A stretch of 64,000 nt of DNA. Origin: Heteronotia binoei (Eukaryota). The notes under the pieces were generated by a model. That model worked only from the letters and a program-made list of their open reading frames with translations, did no database searches and was not told where the DNA came from. Below, in pieces: positions 41,485 to 55,434 of this stretch (its first letter is position 1; the number at the start of each line of letters is the position of its first letter). The translations under genes were made by a program, and so were the position numbers. The DNA lies in the NCBI RefSeq assembly GCF_032191835.1, contig NC_083235.1:21018001-21082000 (forward strand). Reading direction: 5' to 3'.

Positions 41485-44400
41485 CTGTAGCTAATAGCCA
41501 CTGATGGACCCATGCTCAATATTTTTATCCAATCCCCTCTTAAAGCCGGCTATGCTTGTAGCTGCCACCATCTCCTGTGGCAGTGAATTCCACATGTTAA
41601 TCACCCTTTGGGTGAAGTACTTCCTTTTATCCGTTTTAACCTGACTGCTCAGAAATGTAATTGAATGCCCACAAGTTCTTGTATTGTGAGAAAGGGAGAA
41701 AAGGACTTCTTTCTCTGCTTTCTCAATCCCATGCATAATCTTGTAAATCTCTATCATGTCACCCCGCAGTCGACGTTTCTCCAAGCTAAAGAGCCCCAAG
41801 AGTTTTAACCTTTCTTCACAGAGAAAGTGTTCCAAACCTTTAATCATTCAAGTTGCCCTTTTCTGCACTTTTTCCAATGCTATAATATCCTTTTTGAGGT
41901 GCGGTCACCAGAATTGTACACAGTATTCCAAATGAATTGAATTGAAAATGAGACCGCACCATCGATTTATACAGGGGCATTATGATACTGGCTGATTTGT
42001 TTTCAATTCCTTTCCTAATAATTCCCAGCATGACATTGTCCTTTTTTTATTGCAATCGCACACTGCCTTGACATTTTCAGTGAGTTATCTACCACGACCC
42101 CAAGATCTCCCTCTTGGTCAGTCTCTGCCAGTTCACAACCCATCAACTTGTATTTGTAGCTGGGATTTTTGGCCCCAATGTGCATTACTTTGCACTTGGC
42201 CACACTGAACCTCATCTGCCACGTTGATGCCACTCACCCAGCCTCAACAGATCCCTTTGGAGTGCCTCACAATTTATTTATTTATTTATTTTATTTATTT
42301 ATTTCAATTTATATCGCGCCCTACCCCACCGAGGTGGGCGGCTTACAACATAAAAACCAACAAAATCAATTTAAATACATTAATAATACATTAATAATTA
42401 TCATTATACAATAAAATACATAAAATACATATAAAATATATAAAAACACATAAAGCTCACTTCAGAATGTACTATGCTACCTTCTTTCTGGTTTTCACCA
42501 CCCTGAACAATTTAGTGTCATCTGCCAACCAGGTCACTTCACTGCTTACTCCCAACTCCAAATCATTAATGAACAAGTTAAAGAGCATGGGACCCAGTAC
42601 TGAGCCCTGCGGCACCCCACTGCTTACCATCCTCCACTGCGAAGATTGCCCATTTATACTCACTCTCTGCTTCCTATTAATTAGCCAGTTTTTGATCCAC
42701 AAGAGGGCCTGTCCTTTTACTCCATGACTCTCGAGCTTACTAAGGAGCCTTTGATGAGGAACTTTATCAAAAGCTTTCTGGAAGTCAAGGTAAACAACAT
42801 CTTTTGGGCCCCCTTTGTCCACATGTTTGTTCACTCCCTCAAAGAACTGTAACAGGTTAGTGACGCAAGATCTTCCCTTACAGAACCCATGCTGAGTCTT
42901 CCTCAATAACTCGTGTTCATCAATGTGCCTACTCATTGTGTCCTTGATAACGGTTTCTACCAACTTTCCCAGTATTGAAGTCAGACCGACTGGCCTGTAA
43001 TTTCCCGGGTCTCCTCTGGAACCCTTTTTAAAGATGGGGGTGACATTTGCTACCTTCCAGTCCTCAGGAACGGAGGCAGATTTCAATGAAAGATTACAGA
43101 TTTTTGACAGGAGATCCACAAGTTCAACTTTGAGTTCTTTCAGAACTCTTGGATGTATGCCATCCAGACCAGGTGACTTATTAGTTTTTAATTCATCAAT
43201 CAGTTGTAGGACTTCCTCTCTTGTCACCTCAATCTGACTCAGGTCTTTCAACACCCCTTCCAAAATTAGTGGTTCTGGAGTGGGCAAACACTTATCTTCC
43301 ACAGTGAAGATGAAGGCAAAAAATGCATTCAGTTTCTCTGCCATTTCCCTACCTTCAGTAATCCTTTTACCCCTTGATCATCCAAGGGCCCCACTGCCTC
43401 CCTGGCTGGTTTCCTGCTTCTAATATATTTGAAGAAAATTTTATTGTTGGTCTTTATGTTTTTTGCAATATGCTCCTCATAGTCCCTTTTTGCCTGCCTG
43501 ATCACAATCTTGCATTTGATTTGCCACAGCCTGTGTTCCCTTTTATTAATCTCACTTGGACTAGCTTTCCAACCCTTAAAGGAATCCTTTTTACCTTTTA
43601 CAGCTTCCATTACTTTGTTTGTCAACCATGCAGGCCTTTTCGTATACCTGTTTGTGCCTTTCTTAACTTGTGGTATATATTTTATCTGAGCTTCTAGGAT
43701 TGTAGTTTTAAATAGCCTCCAAGTTTCCCCAAGGGTTTTGACTGTATTTACCTTTTCTTTCAGTTTCCTCTTCACATGCCTCCTCATCTCAGAGAATTTA
43801 CCCCCTTTTAAAGTTAAATGTGGTTGTGCTGGTCTTTTGGGGCAAGTCCCTATTTATACAAATGGAGAAATCAATAAAGTTATGGTCACTGCTCCCAAGT
43901 GGTGCGATCACTTTTACATCTCTCACCAAGTCTTGGGCATTACTTAGGACCATATCCAGGATTGCCCCACCTCTGGTAGGTTCTGTGACCATCTGCTCCA
44001 TAGCACAGTCATTGAGAGCATCTAGAAACTCAATCTCCTTCTCTTGACCTGAACACATATTGACCCAATCAATCTCCGGGTAGTTAAAATTACCTATTAC
44101 GACACAGTTTTTACATTTAGCCGCTATCTTTAATCCTTCCATCAAATTATAATCATCCTCTATCTTCTGATTTAGTGGGCGATAGCAAACTCCCATAGTT
44201 ACATTTCCTTTTGGGCCCTCTATTTCGACCCAAAGCATTTCTAGAAGGGAATCTAATTCTTTGACCTCAGTCTTACTGGACTGTATACCCTCTCTGACAT
44301 ACAGAGCCACCCCACCTCCAACTCTTCCCTCCCTATCCTTTCAATATAACATATCCAGGAATCACCGTGTCCTACTGATTCTCCTCATTCCGCCAAGTTT

Positions 44401-44640
44401 CTGAAATTCCCACAATGTCTATGTTTTCCCCCAACACTAAACATTCCAATTCACCAATTTTACTTGGAACACTTCTAGCATTTGTATACAAACATCTATA
44501 ATTTCCCAGGCAAGTTAGGCCCGCAGCCTCCTGCTGCCTCGAGACTTTGGCAGACACTCTATACTGTTTGTCACCATCTCAGTGGACAACTCTGATCTAT
44601 TACCCAGTAGAAAAGTAACAGCTAACCCTTCAGCTTCATT
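41351..44640 (-). mobile_element. CR1 LINE, near-complete ORF2 (endonuclease + RT) with frameshifts and 3' UTR
   Basis: CLYTNARS (endonuclease start), GVCYRP, GNFNYPEIDW, RT ORF 42472-43344, C-terminal LFSLEKRRLRGD and an AACATAAGAACATAAG tail. AT-rich insertion at ~42272-42470 and microsatellite at ~41433-41484. Confidence 0.93.
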
Positions 44641-45548
44641 TCCTAGGGGTAAGCCCCATTTGAAAACAGACAAAAGGAACTACTTTTTTATAGGGCTTTT
44701 TTTTTGTAGCAGAAACTCCTTTGCATATTAGGCCACACACCCCTGATATAGCCAATCCTCCCAAGAGCTTACAGGGCTCTTCTTACAGGACCTACTGTAA
44801 GCTCCAGGAGATTGGTTACATCAGGGGGTGTGGCCTAATATGCAAAGGTGTCCCTTCTACAAAAAAAGACCTTCTTTTTTACAAAGAGATTGATTAAAAT
44901 GTGGAATTTGCTGCCAAAGGATCAATGTTCCTTCTAAACTGCAATGTCTTGTGAGCAAAAATTCTACTTTACGAGTTACTGGCATTAAAGTTGTGAGCTT
45001 ACTGCATAAATTAGTGTGCTCTGGGGTCATCCTTCCTGAGCAAAACAAACATCTGTGATCTGAAGGCTAAAAATCTGTGAACTAGCTGACCCTAACTCAG
45101 CTTAAAGACTGGTAGTGATGGTTATAGGCATGGGCAGCTTTGAAAGGGGATTAGATAGATTCATGGAAGAGAGGTCTTTCTGTGGTTACAAGCCATGGTG
45201 ATGAAAGGGAACGTCCACCTTCAGAGGCACTGATCCTCTGATTCCCAGAGCCAGGAGGCAACATCAGGGGAAGGCCTCACTGCTCGGTTGCTGGCCCTCC
45301 AGAGGAACTAGTTGGCCACTGTGTGAGACAGGATGCTGGACTGGATGGACCACTGGCCTGATGCAGCAGGGATCTTTTGATAGAATACACCCAGACAGGA
45401 TTCTGAACAGACCACCTTAGGATTGCTGTTTGAACCTGTTATTCTTGAAGGTGCCGGAACACTCCTTTCTGTTTTCACAGCAGGATGGTCATTGTGGCAT
45501 TCAGTGACAAAAGGCAAAACTAGAAGGCAGGATTATTTGTCTGGGAAG

Positions 45549-45714
45549 CAGGACCATCCTTGCTACTAGGCAAACTAGGCAATTGCCTAGGACGCTGGCC
45601 TTCTGGGGGTGCCGAATTGGGTGCCCTCCATGTGACTTGGTGACATTATCAGTGCAGGTGGGGCATCAGAAGTTTGCCTTGCCTAGGGTGCCAGGTAGTC
45701 TAGGGCTGGCCCTG
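45549..45714. mobile_element. hAT-like MITE
   Basis: CAGGACCATCCT... / ...AGGGCTGGCCCTG termini. A related-type element at 55733-55916 has TSD GGACTAAT/GGACTAGT. Confidence 0.55.
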
Positions 45715-46039
45715 CTGGGAACGGGGAGGAGGAGGTGATCTTAACAATTCCAGGGGGCAAAACAAATTTGAAAAACTTAATACTGCCAAGCAAACTGGCT
45801 GCAGAGAAGGAAGGCTATGCTGGATATGTTCTCCCCCATAAAGGGCTACCTAGAGAATTGTATAAACCAGTGTTTTCCATTTGCATGGTTGCGGCTCGGT
45901 ATCGGGCCACGGAAGCCTCAATACCAGGTCACCAGGGGAGGACCAACAGGCCCCGCTCCTTCCCCTCTCTATTTCTCTTCGGTGCTGCATGCTGTGCTCC
46001 AGCCCCTGCTCCCCATGCTCCTCATAGCACTCAGAGAGC

Positions 46040-46556
46040 GCTACAGACTGCATGCTGGCCAGAAGCCCTCCCTCATCGCTCTCTGATGTTTGGAAACAAT
46101 TTCCAAACATCAGAGAGGACAATCCGGGACAGGGGACGATCAGGGAGAGATACTGAGACTGTACACTGGCCAGAAGCCTCCCCCGTCCCTCTCTGATGTT
46201 CAGAAACATCAGAGAAGGACAGGGAAAGCTCCTGGCCGGCGCACAGTGTCTGTATCACTTCCTGATCATCCTCCACCTGGACAACGGTGTCTACAGCAGA
46301 GTTTCCCAAACTTCCCTCCCCTCCCCCGTGGCCTGGTTTTTTCCCCATGGTCCGTGTGGAATACAATCAGGGAGCAATACTGAGACTGCGCGCTGGCCAG
46401 AAGCCCTCTACCATCTCTCTCTGATGTTCAGAAACATCAGAGAAGGATGCGGAATGGTCCTGGCTGGCATACAGTGTCTGTACTGCTCCCTGATCATCCT
46501 CTGCCCAGACCATGGGGAAAGAACCGGGCGGGGGGGGGGGGCAGTTGGGAAATCCT
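46040..46556. repeat. Array of three related foldback hairpin units (probably hAT MITE-derived)
   Basis: The core CTCTCTGATGTT...AACATCAGAGA occurs three times; the last unit has CAGAGTTTCCCAAACT / AGTTGGGAAATCCTG termini. Confidence 0.7.
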
Positions 46557-46690
46557 GGTATAAACTATTAGTTTTAACAATGGTCTCTTGGGCACATAGG
46601 CTGACACACTAATCACTGTACATCATCTTGACTTTCCACAAATTGTTAATTAAATATCTAAATGAAAAAGACAGGTTCCTTAATTGCATT

Positions 46691-47087
46691 TGTGAGGGAC
46701 AAGCAGAGCTCCACCTCTCTCTAAGAGCAGCCAATGAGAGTGGATGGAATGTTGAGAGGAGGAGATTTGAAATGCAACAGTTAAGAAATGACAGTTGGGA
46801 ATTAGTGGTGGAGAAGCCGACAGCTTAGCGGCTGGGGTGAAATGAGTTTTTTCAGACAAGCGCAGAACTGCACAGAAGAGCTGCTTAGAGCAGGCTGAAA
46901 ATAGTAATTCTGTAACTAAAAGATCCCAGTTGCAGGAATAGGACTTCAGTTCAAAAGTTCAATGGAAGTGAAACATTGTTACTTATAATTCACTTTTCTC
47001 AGTGTTCTATTCCTGTCATAAATAAAAGCTTTCTTGTTTCAATTAGCCCTGTGGTCTGTGTGTCTAAGGGAAAGGAACGCACTCACA
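46691..47087 (+). mobile_element. Probable solo LTR
   Basis: TGTGAG...CTCACA termini and AATAAA near 47021; no clear TSD. Confidence 0.4.
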
Positions 47088-50000
47088 ATGTAATATCTCA
47101 GTCTACACATAAATATTATAGGACATGAATAAATGGTGGCAGTCAGTGATTGGAACAGTGTTTGAACCCCAGCCCGAGTATTTCTGTATTAAAAAGGTAA
47201 AGGTAGTCCTCTGTGCAAGCACCAGTCGTTTTAGACTCTGGGGTGACGTTGCTTTCACAATGTTTTCACGGCAGACTTTTTATGGGGTGGTTTGCCATTG
47301 CCTTGCCCAGTCATCTACACTTGACCCCCAGCAAGCTGGGTAGGTAAGTCATTGGAAGGATGAAAGGCCGAGTCAACTCGGAATCAAAGCAGAGGGCTCC
47401 GACTGCAGTACTGCAGCTTTACCACTCTGTGCCACGGGGCTCTTATTTCTGTATTAGCGAGGGCTAATTCTTAAAGGGTCTGAGCTACCCTGTCTGTGGA
47501 TGTCTCTGGAGTGAGCAGGGCTTTTTTTTTTAGCAGGAACTCCTTTGCATATTAGGCCACACCCATCTGATGTAGCCAATTCTCCAAGAGCTTACAGGGC
47601 TCTTATTACAGGACCTACTGTAAGCTCTGGGAGGACTGGCTACATCAGGGGTGTGTGGCCTAATATGCAAAGGAATTCCTGCTACAAAAAAAGCCCTGGG
47701 AGTGAGAGAGAGGGCCTGAAGTGTGAAACGGTCATGATTATCCACAGATTTTAAATTCAGGTGGGTAGCCATGTTGGTCTGAGGCAGCAGGACAAAGTTT
47801 GAGTCCAGCGGCACCTTGATGACCCCAACTAAGTTTTATTCAAGGTATAATCTTCCCTGTGCAGGCACACTTCTTCAGATACAGTGAATTTTAAAAGAGA
47901 CTAGAAGGGGGGGTGAGTGTGGCCTCCTGACCTATGTATAACCCATAGCCTGAAGAAGAGAGGCTGTAGAGGGTGGTTGGTGATCTGTGTGAGTGGACAA
48001 GAAACGTCGCAGCATTATTGAGCCAAATCTGAATAGGAAAAAAGGTGCCATGCAGTAGCATGGGTGGGCAGGCTAGTTTAGAAAGGGGAGTGCCAGGATC
48101 AAACTCCTTATGACATTGGAGCTCTTTGTCTGGAATTCACAACATACTTTTTGACCTCAAAAAAGCAGCCCTACAGAACCTAACATCAGGACAGGGGTAA
48201 CGACCAGTTTTTCCCTTTCCCTCAATCAAAAATGCATCCCTGGACTGCTCTTAGTTTCACAGTAGGGGGTGGGGGAGGACAGTGCCCATTTGTGCCAGGC
48301 TTTTCCCCTGTGGAGACAATGAGCAACTGAAGGGAGGCCCAGGGCTTTTTTTTGTAGCAGGAATTCCTTTGCATATTAGGCCACACCCCCTGATGTAGCC
48401 AATCCTCCTAGAGCTTACAGTAGGCCCTGGAAGAAGAGCCCTGTCAGCTCTTGGAGGATTGGCTACATCAGGGGTGTGCGGCTTAATATGCAAAGCAGTT
48501 CCTGCTATATAAAAGAGCCCTGGCTACTGCAGAAATGGCATGGAGAGGAACAGTTAAACCCCTGGCCCTGATGATCTACATAGACCCTTATCCAATGTCT
48601 GCCTTTTGGGGGGGTGGGGGAGACATTTATTTATTTGCTTCCTTGTTTGTTATTCCAGTTTTTAGTCCCCTCTCCCCAAATTACTGGGGCTCAGGGCAGT
48701 GTACAGCATTTCATAAAATACATTCCAATCAGATTTAAACACAATGAACAATAAAATGATCAAACTGTTCAAAGTTTGTTCCAGATGGCACCTAGAATGG
48801 GACCGATTAAATCCTCATCCTAGTGGGAAAGGAAAGAAGGAGAGAGATTAAACACTATTGCTGTCCTCAACTGTAAGCCTGGTGGAACGTCTCTGTCTTA
48901 CTGCTTGGTCAGGAGAGAGTGCAACGTGGTTTCCTCAATTATTTGAGGGGTGGGGCTGCTTTCTGCTCTTCAAAATCAGAACAGTGGCAGAACCAGGGGT
49001 TCACAAAAAAAAATGGGAAAGTGACCAAAACATATCAAGCAGACAGATGAAAATCTTCATGCCATTGTGACCACATAGGAGAAAGTCATTGAAAAAGTAC
49101 GGGAGTAAGGTTTTCTTATGACAGTGATAATTCAAGAAGCATTTTAAGGTAGATGCTGAGCTGATATAAAGAGCCCCATGGCGCAGAGTGTTAAAACTGC
49201 AGTACTGAAGTTCTAAGCTCTGCTCACGACCTGAGTTCGATCCCTGGTGGAAGCTGGGTTTTCAGGTAGTTGGCTCGAGGTTGACTCAGCCTTCCATCCT
49301 TCCAAGGTCGCTAAAATGAGTCCCCAGCTTGCTGGGGAGGGGGAGTGCAGATGACTGGGGAAGGCAATGGCAAACCACCGCGTAAAAAGTCTGCCGTGAA
49401 AACGTTGTGAAAGCAATGTCACCCCAGAGTCGGAAACGACTCGTGCTTGCACAGGGGACCTTTTCTTTCCTGGGCCAATATAATTTAGTACACCTTCCGG
49501 TAATGTCAGGGGTATGTGGCTTATGCAAATGAGTTATGCAAATAAGTTGTGCTAATGAGCTCCGGCACCTCTTTTTCTACAAAATGACCCCTTGTCTCTG
49601 GGATCTTGGCAGCCCTACACCCAGGTGTGTAGGCTCCCCACCAGAGAGTGGAGGAGCTTTCCCAGCTTTCGCTGCCCAGGAAAACACCTGGCAGGCCACA
49701 ACAGGGCAGGTGGGGCTGGATTTGGTGGGAGCGGTTAACTCGTTCTGCAGCTGAAATGGTAGAAGCCCAACCACCAGTGTGGTGGGAGGGATGTCAACAC
49801 AAGCTTCCCAGAACTCAGTGATGGGAGACCGAAATAATGTGTTGATGCGGCAGGTTGCAAGGAGGTGTGCGGTGCTCTCCTCTCTTCATGCCAGAACTGT
49901 CGTTTGAAACGGCTTAGCCAGAAACTTGACCAGCAGGCTGCCATCACCTCCTCTTCTTCCCCCTTCCCTCTGCCTTTCTGTGCTGGCAATGGTGGCTGGC

Positions 50001-51719
50001 TGCTGCTGCTGTTGCATCAGTTTTGGGGCCAACTGATGGTCAAGGAAAGAATCTCTCACTTCTTCAGTGCCTCAGATGTTGCAATGTAAAGAGACATTCT
50101 TTTACTTATGCTTTGCCTCTCTGAAATCCAACAATCCATTTGGGTTGGGAGCAGGGCTTTTTCAGTAGAAAAAGTCCAGCAGGGACTCATTTGCATATTA
50201 GGCCATACCCCTGACATCACCATTGTTTCACACAGGGCTTTTTTGTAGAAAAAAAGCCCAGCAGGAGCTCATTTGCATATTAGACCACACCCTCTAACAC
50301 CATGTCAGCTGGAACTATGTTCCTGTGTGTTCCTGTGCAAAAAAAGCCCTGGTTGTCTGTTTTGCATATATTCCATCATGCTCTAAGAGAAATTCAAAGA
50401 GAGTCAAGAAATGGGGTGGTTCTGCAAAATTCCAGAATTTCACTCTGCAAATGCTCAGAGGCAGGAAATTTCTTCCCAAAGTTTTCTATTTCTAGCTACA
50501 CTTCCCCCCCACACACACACACACACTCGGTGTATAACATAAAACAACACCAAGGGTTGGATTTTTACATTGTCTTACCGTGCATTATTTTAAAAGAGAA
50601 ATCAAAGAGAAACCCCTCTTTTAAAGGAGAAAAAAGAGTGAAATCAATGGCTATATCTGAAAAAAAGAGAATTGGGGGGGGGGGATTTCCTTCCCCTAAC
50701 AATGCAACTCATATGCTTTCTCTGACTTGTTCCAGATGTCACATTTTCATGCACCAAACAGAATGTAATCCTAAAGATGTAAGGCACCTGAGGACTACGT
50801 TGCCCATGGTGCACTGTGTCCACTTAGCCTCACGCCCAATACCAATAGCATCCAGAGCATCTTTCCCTCAGTCTCTGATCTATTTTAAACCAGAGGACCA
50901 GAGTGCAAGGGTCTATGAGGAATGAATGAACAAATAGCATAAGATCATGCAATTGTTTGCTTTTGTTATACAAATGAATGGCATGGCCGTGGCTTTATTT
51001 TTCCACTTCAATTTGTTGGTTTGAAAATGAATACATATTCATAACTTCCCATACAAAAAAAGAATTACAGTGACACAGAGGAAAACTGGTTTAGATTCAG
51101 ATTCAGATGAAATGAAAACTGTTGTAACTTGTAAGGAACATTAACAATTTGTAGGGTTGCCAAGTCCAATTCCAGAAATATCTGGGGACTTTGGATGTGG
51201 AGCCAGGAGACTTTGGTGATGGAGCCAGGAGACACTGAGAATGGAGCCAGAACCAAGGTTGTGACAAGCATAGTTGAACTCCAAAGGGAGCACTAGCCAC
51301 CACGTTTAAAGGAACTGCGCACCTTTTAAATGTCTTCCCTCCATTGAAAATAATGAAGGATAGGGGCACCTTCTCTGGGTACCTGATTCCTCATCTGAAG
51401 AAGTGTTCATGCACACAAAAGCTTACATTCTGGATAAAACTTTGTTGGTCTTAAAGGTGCTACTTAACTCCTACTTTGTTCTACTTCTTCAGACCAACAT
51501 GGCTTCCTACCTGGAAATTTTTATGGAGTAGTTTGCCATTGCCTTCTCCAGTCATCTACACTTTACCCCCAGCAAGGTACAGTAAGTACTCATTTTACCA
51601 GTCTCGGAAGGATGGAAGGCTGAGTCAACCATGAGCCAGCTACTTGAACTCAGCTTCCGTCAGGATTGAACTCAGGACATGAGCAGAGCTTGGACCACAG
51701 TACTGCAGCATTACTAGGT

Positions 51720-52135
51720 ATGGGTATAAAAGCTGGACAATAACAAAAGCTGTCAGGAAGACAGTTGACTCGTTTGAATTGAAATGTGTTGTTGGAGGAG
51801 AGTTTTATAGCTACTGTGGACCACCAAAAAGAAAAACAACCCAAGTGGGTTCTAGATCATATCAAACCTACATTCTCCCTGGAAGCTAAAATGACTAAAC
51901 TAAGGCTATTGTGTTTTGGTTGCATTCTGAGAAGACAAGAGTCACTAGAAAAGACAATAATGCTAGGAAAAGTTGAAGGAAGCAGGAAATAAAGAAAGAC
52001 CCAACCTGAGGTGGACAGACTCAGTGAAGGAAGTCACGCTCCTCGGTTTGCAAGGCCTGAGCAAAGCTTTTAATGACAGAATTTTTGGGAAGTTATTAAT
52101 TCATAGGCTCGCCCTATATTGGAAGAGACTTGAGA
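51720..52135 (+). mobile_element. RTE LINE 3' fragment (second fragment ~27020-27230)
   Basis: WVLDHIKPTFSLEAKMTKLRLLCFGCILRRQESLEKTIMLGKVEGSR is a typical RTE C-terminus. Confidence 0.75.
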
Positions 52136-52877
52136 GCGCTTTACCTATCTGGCCACTGGAGGGCGGTGCATCACTTTGTAACCTATCAAAGCTCGAGGTT
52201 GGTAATTCTCTAGGGTGGTCCTCTCCTCCTTTGACTGCATTGAGAGAGATCTCTTTTGATTGATATAGGGGCCTCTCTCTCTAACATTTCTCCCCTCCCT
52301 TCTGTTTGCAGCCTTCCCATACAAATGCATCTGCCCCTTGGGTGGACACTACATGCATCTGATGGAGAGGGCTCTGTCTCATAAAAGCATAGGATGGAAT
52401 ATGTTTTATCAGTCATTACAAGTTGTCGCTGGAGTCCTGTTTTGTTTTCCCCCAGGAGGATCTCCTTCCAGGAAGTGGGGGGGATTGTGACTGCTGGCCT
52501 CAATGAACATCAGAGAACCGCATGTCCCTCTGTCAAATTAGCACATTCAGTAACTGCTCAATCTGCTCTTCCCCAAAGCACTGGCAATAACTGGTAAGTA
52601 TAGACAGAGCCAGTTTGGTGTAGTGGTTAAGTGTGCAGTCTCTTATCTGGGAGAACTGGGTTTGATTCCCCACTACTCCACTTGCAGCTTCTGGAATGGC
52701 CTTGGGTTAGCCATAGCTCTCGCAGAGTTGTCCTTGAAAGGGCAGCTCGTGGGAGAGTTCTCAGCCCCACCTACCTCTCAGGGTGTCTGTTGTGGGGGAA
52801 GAAGGTAAAAAAGATTGTGACCACTCTGAGACTCTGAGATTCAGAGTGGAGGGTGGGATATAAATCCAATATCATCA

Positions 52878-52942
52878 TCTTCTTCTTCTTCTTCTTCTTC
52901 TTCTTCTTCTTCTTCTTCTTCTTCTTCTTCTTCTTCTTCTTC
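52878..52942 (+). repeat. (CTT)n microsatellite, tail of the upstream SINE
   Basis: About 21 perfect CTT units. Confidence 0.95.
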
Positions 52943-54484
52943 GTAGATATGCAATTGATGGTGGCCAGGGGTGGAATTCTAACAGGAGCTCCTTTGCATA
53001 TTAGGCCACACACCCCTGATGTAGCCAGTCCTCCAAGAGGTTACAAAAAAGGAGCCTTGTAAGTTCTTGAAGGATTGGCTACATCAGAGGATGTGGCCTA
53101 ATATACAAAGGAGCTCCTGCTAGAATTCCACCCCTGATGGTGGCAAATGATGTTAAGTCGCAGCTGACTCATGGCAACTCTGTAGGGTTTTCAAGGCAAG
53201 AGATTAACAGAAGTGGTTTGCTATTGCCTACCTCTGCATAGCAACCCTAGACTTCCTTGGAGGTCTCCCATCCAAGTGTTAACCAAGGATGATCCTGATT
53301 AACTTCCAAAGCTGTGAAAAGATAAATAGCCTTGGCCATCCAAGCCAGGGCAAAGACAAACAGAGGTGGTTGGTCATTGCCTGCCTCTGCATGATGACCA
53401 TGGACTTTCTTAGTGGTCCACTACTGAAATACTAACCAGGGCCAACCCAGTTTAGCTTCCAAGATCTGACAGGATCAGCCATCCAGGTTAGATTGTCTAA
53501 TCTAAAAATTATAAACTAAAATAACTCCAATTCTTGGTCAAGGATTTTGCTGCCTACGTAGAGCACGCAGTTCTACCTAACCTATTCCTTTTAGTCAGCC
53601 TTTGGGGAAAACAAACAGCTTCAAAGGACACAGAAGGTCTGCCTCCCCCTTCCCCAACTATTAGAAAGACTACTCAGTTCTGTGTTTGCAGTAGGCATTG
53701 CTAACACATTTCCAGGCCTCTCTTTGTAATCAGGAGGACTAGATACTTAGGTTTTGTATGCTGGCTTCTATGCTCATTATAAAGTGCTGTGTTCTGCTAT
53801 GTGGCCTTATGGAATATTGCAGGGGTGGCCAGCGGTAGCTCTCCAGATGTTTTTTGCCTAACAACTCCCATCGGCCCCAGCCATTGGCCATGCTGGCTGG
53901 GGCTGATGGGAGTTGTAGGCAAAAAACACCTGGAGAGCTACCGTTGGCCACCCCTGATATATATTAAACTGCTCGGAGAAACATTGGAGAGGTTAATCTT
54001 TTTATTATTTAACTGGTGTTTCATTAATGCTATGAAAATATTTGGGCCAAAACTCAGATGTATCGTAAATGTCTACAAACATATCCTCTCTCTGATCATT
54101 AAACACATATTCACAGCTACTTATGAGTCATACCCGAGTATTTTTTTCACCACCGTCTAATAAAGAACCTCCCGTTTTGAAAAGACTGTTTCACTGTGAC
54201 CTACCTTTCCTTCCTTCACACCGTTCAAAACAGTGCAATCAAAACTCATTCTCCATTGCAGAAGCTCGAGAGACTGGCGATATGCAGGTAACTGCCTTCA
54301 GTTTGAAACCAACTTTTGGCTTTCCAGGCAGGTGAGAATAGGGTTGCCAAGTCTAACTCAGATAATATCTGGGGACTTTGGGGGTGGAGCCAGGAGACTT
54401 TCCCTAAAATAAATAAATAAAAACACAGCAGTGCAGTTTCCCTGAATACAATCTTCATTTCCTCACCCAAGCAGCTGCAAATCA

Positions 54485-54531
<47 letters not shown>

Positions 54532-55395
54532 AACAAAAATAAAACAGTTTGCAATCCCACACTTGTGTGGTCTCCCTGGGGCAATTTACTCATGAGTTGC
54601 TGAACTTCCAATAACACAGGGAAACCAGAGATTCAAGTTTACCTTTAATAAGCAAACGACCTCTAAAAAGCTTGTACAACAAACGGAGGGTCTGGGTTGC
54701 TTTCACAGCTACTGGGAGCAGCCACGTTGTTCTGCCTGCTCACTCCGCCCCCATTCAGCTTTAAAGACACAGACACACCATCCAAAAAGGAAGCCTTTGC
54801 AAGCTTTCTCCTAGTGTTCTGAAGGGGAAAGGCACATGGTGGCTGTGGGAGTGGAGCTTCCCCGCTGGTCAGCTGACAGGGGGCTGGAAAGAGCCTGGGA
54901 AAGTGGGAAACCCCCCGCTGGGACCTGGGGATTGGCAAGCCTAGGTGAGAAGCAGGGATGGTTTGCCATGGCCTCCCTCTGCATAATTTTCCTTGGAGGT
55001 CCCCCATCCAAGAACTAACCCTGCTAAGCTTCCAAGGTCTGATAAGGTTAGATTCTACCATGCTGCCTTCCCTCTCTCAAGACTGACAATACCTTCCAAT
55101 ATTCAAAGCAGCAAATCCTTGCCCATACAATTGTATACAGGGCTTTTTTTGTAGCAAAAACTCCTTTGCATATTAGGCCAAAAACTCCTTTGCATGTAGC
55201 CAATTCTTCAAGAGCTTACAGGGCTCTTAGTACAGGGCCTACTGTAAGCTGCAGGAGGATTGGCTACATCGGGGGTGTGGTTTAATATGCAAAGGAGCCC
55301 CTGCTACAAAAAAAGCCCTGATGGTACGTATAACATAACAACAACAAAGCAGTAGACAAATGGCACCTTTAAGTCCAACTAAGTTTTATTCAGAA

Positions 55396-55434
55396 TGTAA
55401 GCTTTCGTATGCTCTAAGCAGACTTCATCAGACA
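55396..55434 (-). ncRNA. Minimal hammerhead ribozyme motif in a Penelope-like repeat
   Basis: Minus strand TGT-CTGATGA-A-GTCTGC-ttaga-GCATAC-GAAA-GCTT-ACA; 3-bp stem I, one mismatch in stem II. Confidence 0.55.

Noticed and set aside
50302-50925. 207-aa ORF
   Set aside because: Starts inside a MITE, crosses low-complexity sequence and has no recognisable domain.
52771-53062. Poly-Lys / poly-Phe ORFs
   Set aside because: Translations of the (CTT)n SINE tail.
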